DNA of 64,000 bases from Candidatus Aenigmatarchaeota archaeon (GTDB lineage Archaea > Aenigmatarchaeota > Aenigmatarchaeia > QMZP01 > QMZT01): positions 1 to 64,000 of the forward strand of contig JBGPQP010000004.1 of assembly GCA_041489155.1 (NCBI GenBank), given 5' to 3'. Below, in pieces: positions 57,284 to 64,000 of the stretch. Numbering within the stretch: the stretch's first letter is position 1; each line of letters starts with the position of its first letter. The translations under genes and the position numbers were made by a program. A model generated the notes under the pieces. The model made no database searches. It saw nothing but the letters and a program-made list of their open reading frames with translations, and had not been told where the DNA came from.

Positions 57284-58393
57284 ATGGGCGTCAGAAGCGT
57301 TGATATTAAGGATGAAATAAAAGAGGTCGTGAAGAGGAAACAGCACCCTGAGGTCGACGAGGAACTCAGGAAGATTCTTGAGTCCAAGAAGGCCGAGATC
57401 AAGGTCATAGGAGTCGGAGGCGCAGGAGGCAACACCATCTCGCGCATGACGCAGGTGGGCATAATCGGCGCCGAGACTATCGCGATGAACACCGACGCCC
57501 AGGACCTGCTTTATACTGATGCTGACACCAAGGTCCTCATAGGCAGGGAACTTACCGGAGGCCTTGGAGCAGGCGCCGACCCGAAGGTCGGGACGGAAGC
57601 CGCGAAAGAGTCGAAAGAAGACATCAAGAAAGCGCTGGAAGGCGCCGACATGGTGTTCGTGACCTGCGGCCTTGGCGGCGGAACCGGGACCGGCGCAGCG
57701 CCGATAATCGCGGACATCGCGAAGAAAACCGGCGCGCTAACCGTGGGCGTTGTCACGCTTCCGTTCGGGATGGAAGGCAAGCAGAGGATGAGGAACGCGC
57801 AGGACGGCCTTGAAAATCTGCAGTCCATTGCCGACACCCTCATAATCATACCCAACGACAAGCTGCTTGAAATCGTCCCTGACGTATCGATAACCACGGC
57901 GTTCAAAGTCGCTGATGAGATACTTGTAAACTCGGTCAAGGGCATAACGGAACTCGTCACCAAGCCCGGCCTTGTTAACCTCGACTTCGCGGACGTCCGC
58001 GCGGTGATGGGTGCAGGCGGCCTTGCCATGATAGGCATGGGCGAGAGCGACACGGAGAACCGCGCGCTTGAATCCGTCGAGAAGTCGCTGAACAATCCGC
58101 TGCTTGACGTGAGCATAGAAGGCGCTTCTGGCGCCCTGATAAACGTCGCCGGCGGCGAGGACATAACCATAAAGGAATGCCAAGAAATCGTGGAGGCCGT
58201 CACGACCAAGCTCAACCCGGACGCGAAGATAATCTGGGGAGCGCAGATCGTTAAGGAGCTCGGCGACACCATAAGGGCGATGCTGATAGTGACCGGAGTG
58301 AAATCCTCGCAGGTTTTCATGACCGAGAAGAAATTCACTTCAGCGAAGCAGAAAGAGATAGAAAGGGTTCTCGGGATAGACTTCGTGGAATAA
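57284..58393 (+). CDS. ftsZ: Cell division protein FtsZ (FtsZ1 type)
   Basis: GVGGAGGN, GLGGGTGTG and NLDFADV motifs; conserved ftsZ-secE-spt5 order. Confidence 0.96.
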   Translation: MGVRSVDIKDEIKEVVKRKQHPEVDEELRKILESKKAEIKVIGVGGAGGNTISRMTQVGIIGAETIAMNTDAQDLLYTDADTKVLIGRELTGGLGAGADPKVGTEAAKESKEDIKKALEGADMVFVTCGLGGGTGTGAAPIIADIAKKTGALTVGVVTLPFGMEGKQRMRNAQDGLENLQSIADTLIIIPNDKLLEIVPDVSITTAFKVADEILVNSVKGITELVTKPGLVNLDFADVRAVMGAGGLAMIGMGESDTENRALESVEKSLNNPLLDVSIEGASGALINVAGGEDITIKECQEIVEAVTTKLNPDAKIIWGAQIVKELGDTIRAMLIVTGVKSSQVFMTEKKFTSAKQKEIERVLGIDFVE

Positions 58394-58490
58394 GACCGCG
58401 AGACGAGACCCTTGCCTTACCTTTTTAAGGTAATTTATTTAAACAACGTATATTATACAGATTATAATACAGGCAGGTCAAGGTCCAAGC

Positions 58491-58673
58491 ATGGGATTAA
58501 AAGAAGCGGTAGGGAACTGGAAGAGGGTGATTCAGGTAGCCAGGAAACCGAACAGGTTTGAGTTCACCTCCACGAGCAAGATATGCGCAGTGGGCCTGGT
58601 CCTGATAGGCTTTATCGGCTTCGTTATTTTCATGGCCGCGATTGTAATGTGCTGGGGAGGCTTCTGCTTATGA
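58491..58673 (+). CDS. secE: Protein translocase SecE/Sec61-gamma
   Basis: RVIQVARKP...EF...IGFIGFVI. Confidence 0.9.
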   Translation: MGLKEAVGNWKRVIQVARKPNRFEFTSTSKICAVGLVLIGFIGFVIFMAAIVMCWGGFCL

Positions 58674-59131
58674 CCATATACACCATCCGCACGACTTCGG
58701 GAAGGGAGCAGATAGTAATAGACATGATAACCAACAAGATAAGGGCCGACAACATCCGCATAAAGAGCATCGCCCATCCCGGCGAGCTGAAAGGTTACAT
58801 CTTCATCGAGGGCCCTGAAGGCGAGGTCAGGAAGGCGACGCAGGGCATAATGCACATAAAGGGCATAATAGAAAAGCCTGTCATGCTTTCTGAAATACAG
58901 CAGTTCTTCGAGACCAAGAAAACGAAGATCGTCGTCAGCGAGGGCGATATCGTCGAAATAGTGGGCGGGCCCTTCAAGGGCGAGAAAGGCAGAGTGCAGA
59001 GAATCGACAAAGTCAAGGACGAGATAACCGTCGAGCTGCTCGAGGCGAGCATCCCGATTCCCGTAACCATTTCGGTCGAGCTTCTGAAGCTGGTGAAAAG
59101 GGAGAAACCGGAAACTCAAAGCACGCTTTAA
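58670..59131 (+). CDS. spt5: Transcription elongation factor Spt5
   Basis: RTTSGRE, LKGYIFIE and KOW GDIVEIVGGPFKGE motifs. Confidence 0.95.
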   Translation: MTIYTIRTTSGREQIVIDMITNKIRADNIRIKSIAHPGELKGYIFIEGPEGEVRKATQGIMHIKGIIEKPVMLSEIQQFFETKKTKIVVSEGDIVEIVGGPFKGEKGRVQRIDKVKDEITVELLEASIPIPVTISVELLKLVKREKPETQSTL

Positions 59132-59165
59132 AATCAATGTTTTTAATGATTTGAGTGAGTTTGCC

Positions 59166-61238
59166 TCAGCGTAATTTTCTTATCATGATTTTATTGTACA
59201 GCCTTTTCAGCCTTATGTATTCTTCGCCGGCCAGTTTCCTTTCCTCGTAAGAAAGCGAATTGTAAATATGATTGGCCTTTTCATACGCATCCTTAGCGCC
59301 GTCCATATCGGTTTCAACCAATGACTCTCCTATTCTCAAAAAGCCGCGCATATTATCAATCTTATCTTTGGCATCTGCGGTTCTGTCCCTCCGTTGCGGC
59401 GGACCTTCTTCATTGTAGTCAGCGTATCCAATCTCTTTCCTGAAAATAGCTTTTAGGTTGTTTTTCTGCTCCTCCAGATGGGCAGCCCTCAGCAATTTCG
59501 ATATCTTTTTATTGTAAAATGCAATCATAGATAAGGCAATCAGCACGACGATGATTATTGAAACTATTACTGTGCTCCGGCTCAGTTCCTTGAAATATAT
59601 TTTTTCCATCAGCTGTTCGAGCAGCTTTTTTGCTTCCAGGAGAGAGACATACGCATCGATGAATCTGTTCTCCTTTTTTAGCGTAATGCTTCTGAAAACC
59701 ATCTCGTTCACAGTTTTAAGCACATCTTTTTCTTCCGAATATGCTTCTGCCTTAATCATGTCAGAACTCATGTCTTGCATGATTCTGAAATATTCAGCAT
59801 TCAGAACTAATTCGATGGTCTCGGTCACGTAGTCGTATCCGTTCATTGCCTGTTTTGATTTTTCCATGGTTCCGTTGTAATCACCGGAGGCAAACATTTT
59901 CATTGCGGCATCGAGAGCAGAATCAAAGTCGGACATGTTTTTTTCAGAGCCTGGCACTTCCAATCCGAAGTTATTTGTCCAATTCAACATCGCATGCGTC
60001 TCTGATTTTCTTCTGACAGCCTCTTCGAGCATGAATTTCGCGCGGTTTTTTGTGCTCCTTGAAACCCCTAGCGCAACCACTTTCGGCACTTCTGATGTGC
60101 CGGACTTGGCAACAAGCGAAAGGCTGTATAACTGCTCGATTGCGCTGTCCGGAAGCTTGATCGCAACAAAAAAATTCTTTGATTCACCAGTTTTGATGTC
60201 CTGCTGTGTGGGGGCTACAAGTACCCAGTTGGAGGTAATACCATACACCTGAAGGGAGGTGTTATATGCCGTGGAATTGCCCGTGTTTTTGACCTCAACG
60301 CTGAATTTCAATTCCTCTCCTGGGAACGCTTCGAGATAGTTCGGCGATATTATTGCAAAATCGGGCCTGGGCAGTTCCTGCGGGATAATTGCGCCCGAAG
60401 TGCCTCCGCCGCCATTTCTTGGCGGCGGCGAAGAAAGAACATAAAATAGCGGGCTGACGGCTCGTTTTATGTTTTCGTCGTTGGGATACTTTAGGGCAGC
60501 GATGAAATAGTATGAACCCGTATTCTCATTTACCGCAACGCTCTTGGTGTAATTCAGCCATTCTGCTATTGCTTTCCACGCGCATCCGTAGTTGTTGTAA
60601 GAAGGACCGCAAAGATATGCAGGATCACTGTTTATGCAGTAACAAATCTGGACATCGGTTGTTTCAAGGGGGGTAATCTTGTGTACCGAAATGTCCGCTT
60701 CGATGACCTGTCCTTGGTAAAGTGCTGAGGGCCTTATGCCCGTGATCTCTATATCATCGATTGGATTTGTTGTGTTGACGTGGATCTGCAAGCTGGTGCT
60801 GTTCAAGCGATTGTCGTCAAGCGAGTATGAATAGAAAGTAATGTCATAAGTCCCTCCGTCATATCCGCTGCTTGGAGGAACATAGATGCGCAAGGTGACA
60901 TTGCGGTCGCCGAAACCGGGCAGCAGGAATGCATAGTTGTCCTGGTAATAACTCATGCCTCCGCTCTGGTTCTGGAATTTAACGAAGCCGTTGGTATCGC
61001 TCTTGTTCAGGTATACGAGGACGTCAAGCGGATGGTTCTGGTAAACGGTCAGGTTCAGATAAAAGTAGTAGTCTTCAGGCACAAGTACGTTGCCATACTG
61101 CGGGAAAACGCCAAGCATACCCTTGACAGTGGCGTTCATATTGGTACTGCCGCCGGCGTACTGGGCCGATGCATTTGATGCCAGCAGCAAATAGAAAACT
61201 GTGAAGCAAAGAATACTAAGGGAACTCCTCATGTACAA
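59166..61238 (-). CDS. Membrane-anchored surface protein (Ig/NEW3-like domains, helical stalk, TM, cytoplasmic tail)
   Basis: Signal peptide, VEVKNTG Ig motif, TM VIVSIIIVVLIALSMIAF. Confidence 0.82.
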   Translation of the reverse strand: MYMRSSLSILCFTVFYLLLASNASAQYAGGSTNMNATVKGMLGVFPQYGNVLVPEDYYFYLNLTVYQNHPLDVLVYLNKSDTNGFVKFQNQSGGMSYYQDNYAFLLPGFGDRNVTLRIYVPPSSGYDGGTYDITFYSYSLDDNRLNSTSLQIHVNTTNPIDDIEITGIRPSALYQGQVIEADISVHKITPLETTDVQICYCINSDPAYLCGPSYNNYGCAWKAIAEWLNYTKSVAVNENTGSYYFIAALKYPNDENIKRAVSPLFYVLSSPPPRNGGGGTSGAIIPQELPRPDFAIISPNYLEAFPGEELKFSVEVKNTGNSTAYNTSLQVYGITSNWVLVAPTQQDIKTGESKNFFVAIKLPDSAIEQLYSLSLVAKSGTSEVPKVVALGVSRSTKNRAKFMLEEAVRRKSETHAMLNWTNNFGLEVPGSEKNMSDFDSALDAAMKMFASGDYNGTMEKSKQAMNGYDYVTETIELVLNAEYFRIMQDMSSDMIKAEAYSEEKDVLKTVNEMVFRSITLKKENRFIDAYVSLLEAKKLLEQLMEKIYFKELSRSTVIVSIIIVVLIALSMIAFYNKKISKLLRAAHLEEQKNNLKAIFRKEIGYADYNEEGPPQRRDRTADAKDKIDNMRGFLRIGESLVETDMDGAKDAYEKANHIYNSLSYEERKLAGEEYIRLKRLYNKIMIRKLR

Positions 61239-61263
61239 ATGATTGAATCGTTTCCATATAAAA

Positions 61264-61836
61264 CTACTTTCCGGATTTCTTTTTATTGCGCTTTTTCAAA
61301 ACGAAGATTGCAACCGCCAGCGCCACGATTATCAATACGGCTGCCGAAAAAATAACGGGCAATATGCCAATGGGCTCCACTTGCACAGAAAATTCATATG
61401 GCTCCTTTATCGTGGCTACCCCTATTTTTATGCTGTTAAGGATTGCACCATTGTAGACGACCTTTTCGGGGTTAATCTGGTAAATGATGGGCGCAGAAAT
61501 TTCAAGGCACACCACCTTGCAAGATGGGTTGTCTGGGGACATGCACTTCTCGGAAATGCAAGATCGCCTCAAGTTCGTTTCCTGCGGGCAGTCAATCGGC
61601 GTTAGAGTAAAATCGTTAGGCGATATCTTTGTAGTGAGGGTGCTTACATCACCCGTGGTTCCTATATGATACGTCCCGCCTTCCTGGGTGGCGTAAATCC
61701 AGACGTCGCAGAAGTTGGTTTTGCTTCCGGATGGAAGTGTAATGCCGCCCTGTCCAAGAGAAATGCCTGCCTCAGCATTTGGCAAAAGCGATATTAAAAA
61801 CAAAACGGCCACGAGTGTCGCTAAATAAAGTCTCAT
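61264..61836 (-). CDS. Secreted Cys-containing protein with C-terminal TM anchor
   Basis: Signal peptide, six Cys, TM plus basic tail. Confidence 0.8.
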   Translation of the reverse strand: MRLYLATLVAVLFLISLLPNAEAGISLGQGGITLPSGSKTNFCDVWIYATQEGGTYHIGTTGDVSTLTTKISPNDFTLTPIDCPQETNLRRSCISEKCMSPDNPSCKVVCLEISAPIIYQINPEKVVYNGAILNSIKIGVATIKEPYEFSVQVEPIGILPVIFSAAVLIIVALAVAIFVLKKRNKKKSGK

Positions 61837-61955
61837 GTGATTTAATTGTGTTATTGTTTAAAAAACTTATCACTTGAAAGGACCTGCTGGAAATCCTCGT
61901 GATAGCGAGAATACCTGATCACAAAAAGCTGTAAGTTGTGTGCTGCGTGAGAGAC

Positions 61956-62567
61956 TTAAGCGCACGTTCCGCAGTTGCTCTCAGAGGTTCCTTCTTGTCT
62001 TCCGCACCAACAGTATCCGGTTACATATACGCCTGGCTGCTGGCCGGCCGGTACACTAAGGAAGTATGTTGCCCAGCAGTTCGAATTAATCGAGCTGCTT
62101 TCGCACGTTTCCATTCCAGACCACCCGTTGGTCAGCGATATCGCAGTGCCGTTGCTGAAAATGTTGGTGCCGTTGTTCGCGGTGCTGTTTGCATGATAAG
62201 TGACGTTGCCTATGCCGATGTAATAACTTTCGGTCGTGAGGTTGGTCCTGTTGCTCGCATGTGAGAAATTGATGCTCACCGTAGATGAAGCGTCGACCGT
62301 GAGGTTAAAGGTCGAGCCTCCGTTGGCGGCGTTGTTGTTGCAACTCGCGTTGTTGCCGTTGCTGCTCTGATCCTGGGTGGCGAATGTAATGCCGTTCGTG
62401 AGGCAATTTGAGATTAAAATCGACACCCATCCGCGAACCGTCACGTTCATCGTTGTGCTGCCGGTCGCGTAGTCAGCCGAGTCTCCCAAAGGAGTGAAAA
62501 CGCTTAACGTAAGCGCAAATAAGCCGAATACTATGAATATTCCCAACGCCCCAATTCCAACTCTCAT
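61956..62567 (-). CDS. Secreted single-domain subunit (WxL/fimbrial-like)
   Basis: Signal peptide, GSTTMNVTV, IGIGNVT and YFLSVPAGQQPGVY motifs. Confidence 0.78.
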   Translation of the reverse strand: MRVGIGALGIFIVFGLFALTLSVFTPLGDSADYATGSTTMNVTVRGWVSILISNCLTNGITFATQDQSSNGNNASCNNNAANGGSTFNLTVDASSTVSINFSHASNRTNLTTESYYIGIGNVTYHANSTANNGTNIFSNGTAISLTNGWSGMETCESSSINSNCWATYFLSVPAGQQPGVYVTGYCWCGRQEGTSESNCGTCA

Positions 62568-62626
62568 AAATATTTATTAAGGCACTAGAATATAAATGTT
62601 TAAACATTTTTATTTTAAACTTCTTC

Positions 62627-64000
62627 CTACCCCCTTTCTTCTTTTATGTAAATCGTTGTGTTGTACGAGTTCGGGTCCTGTCCCTGCGGAACCGACAGCC
62701 AGAAATACAGAGTAGTTATGTTGCTCTGGCCCGCGGGAACGTTCGACCTTATCAACTGATAGCCAGTTGAAAGCTGTATGACCTGGGAATCTGGCGACGT
62801 AGAATTGACAGTTACGTTACCTATGCCTATGACCGAACTCCCGTTTACCAGGTCACCTGTCGCCATTATCGAAACGTTGACTGTCCCGCAGCCAGCGGTG
62901 GACAAATCGGTTATGTTGTAGTTCCCGTTGTCCACCGCGGAAACGTTAACCTGATCCGGGTCCTGCTCAGCGAAGCGAATGCCTGCCTCAAGCTGCGAAG
63001 TCATTGCGAAATCAACGTTGCAGGCGCTCACGCTCAAATTCAGAACAGTCGTGTTCGAATTAATCCTTCCGGAAGAATCGTTCACGTACGTGGTGTTGTA
63101 AAAGAACGTCCCGGCCGAATCGCCCACGTTAACATTCACCGAATACCAGCCGTCGCCAGCCGAACCTGCGCAGCTGCCTGTGTCGGACATCGTTATATTG
63201 AATATGCTCCCGTTGGATTGCGTTACCGTAGTCCAGACAGCATTTACCCCAAAATTATCAGAAACTCCTGAAACGTTCAGGCATACAATTGTATTCATGC
63301 CCACAGAGCCTGAGTTGTTGATATGTTTGCTTCCTATTTGTGGGTTTGTTAAATCTACCGTGAACGTCCTGTTCACGTTGGACCAGTCTGCCTGATTAAT
63401 TGTATCATTACACCACGCATCCCACTTCCATGTCCCTTCTGGTATGCCGGAGACGGTCACATTCCACCAACCGTTGTTCGTGGGGCTTGAATTGGTCTGG
63501 TTCGCGTGCCAGCCTGACCAGTTGCCGTAGAGCTTGAGCGTACTCACGCCTATATTATCAGAACACTTCAAATCGAAAACTATTGAGCCGTCGGAGTCGT
63601 TATAATAGGTGACAGGATTCGTTCCCAGGGAGGCGGTTGGGTCGGCATCACTTTCTTCTTCTATCGTTATGTTGTGTTCCGAACCCAGCGTCAGGGTGAA
63701 GTTCAACTCTCCGTTAGCCTGCGATGTGAGATTGCAGTTCGCATCATTACAATCATTTCCGTCCATCTTTGCGGAATAGTTAATTGTCGTGTTTGGCATC
63801 TGCACTGTCAGATTTGTTGAGCCTGTCCCGTCCAAATAAATAGTTGCGTTATTTGTATCAGATGCAGGCGAGGTTGCTGATAAAATAAGGACATCGGTGT
63901 TTGTGTTGTTCTTTATTTGAGGGGTTGTTGTGTACAAGTAAGATATGTTTACATAAGAAGGATTTGTTTGATTAGTATACCATGTTGGATGCGTTCTCAA
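62627..64000 (-). CDS. 3' part of a large secreted glycoprotein ending in a WxL-like domain (5' end outside the window)
   Basis: Ig-like repeats; C-terminal GIRFAEQD, IGIGNVT and FWLSVPQGQDPNSY motifs. Confidence 0.8.
   Translation of the reverse strand: MRTHPTWYTNQTNPSYVNISYLYTTTPQIKNNTNTDVLILSATSPASDTNNATIYLDGTGSTNLTVQMPNTTINYSAKMDGNDCNDANCNLTSQANGELNFTLTLGSEHNITIEEESDADPTASLGTNPVTYYNDSDGSIVFDLKCSDNIGVSTLKLYGNWSGWHANQTNSSPTNNGWWNVTVSGIPEGTWKWDAWCNDTINQADWSNVNRTFTVDLTNPQIGSKHINNSGSVGMNTIVCLNVSGVSDNFGVNAVWTTVTQSNGSIFNITMSDTGSCAGSAGDGWYSVNVNVGDSAGTFFYNTTYVNDSSGRINSNTTVLNLSVSACNVDFAMTSQLEAGIRFAEQDPDQVNVSAVDNGNYNITDLSTAGCGTVNVSIMATGDLVNGSSVIGIGNVTVNSTSPDSQVIQLSTGYQLIRSNVPAGQSNITTLYFWLSVPQGQDPNSYNTTIYIKEERG

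Overview
Archaeal chromosomal window, most likely from a DPANN lineage such as Aenigmarchaeota (inference from gene content: form III RuBisCO plus AMP phosphorylase, two FtsZ, Hel308, Rpo3, Spt5/SecE, BHB tRNA introns, many large N-glycosylated surface proteins). It has about 60 protein-coding genes, mostly housekeeping, and four tRNA genes: His-GTG, Leu-AAG (2 introns), Gln-TTG (2 introns) and Ile-GAT (1 intron). No rRNA, CRISPR array or transposase is visible. The most striking feature is an AT-rich two-motif LAGLIDADG endonuclease gene sandwiched between two copies of the tRNA-Gln 5' exon. Its stop codon lies inside the second copy, and both copies can form a BHB splice junction with the same downstream acceptor. 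Other highlights: an A34 (AAG) tRNA-Leu, an archaeal GGDEF protein, twin same-loop hairpins and an anti-RBS 3' element around ftsZ2, a 2090-aa Cys-rich protein placed between a pilus ATPase and its platform gene, and a cluster of secreted proteins sharing an N-terminal strand and a WxL-like domain. All calls come from reading motifs by eye; no searches were run.
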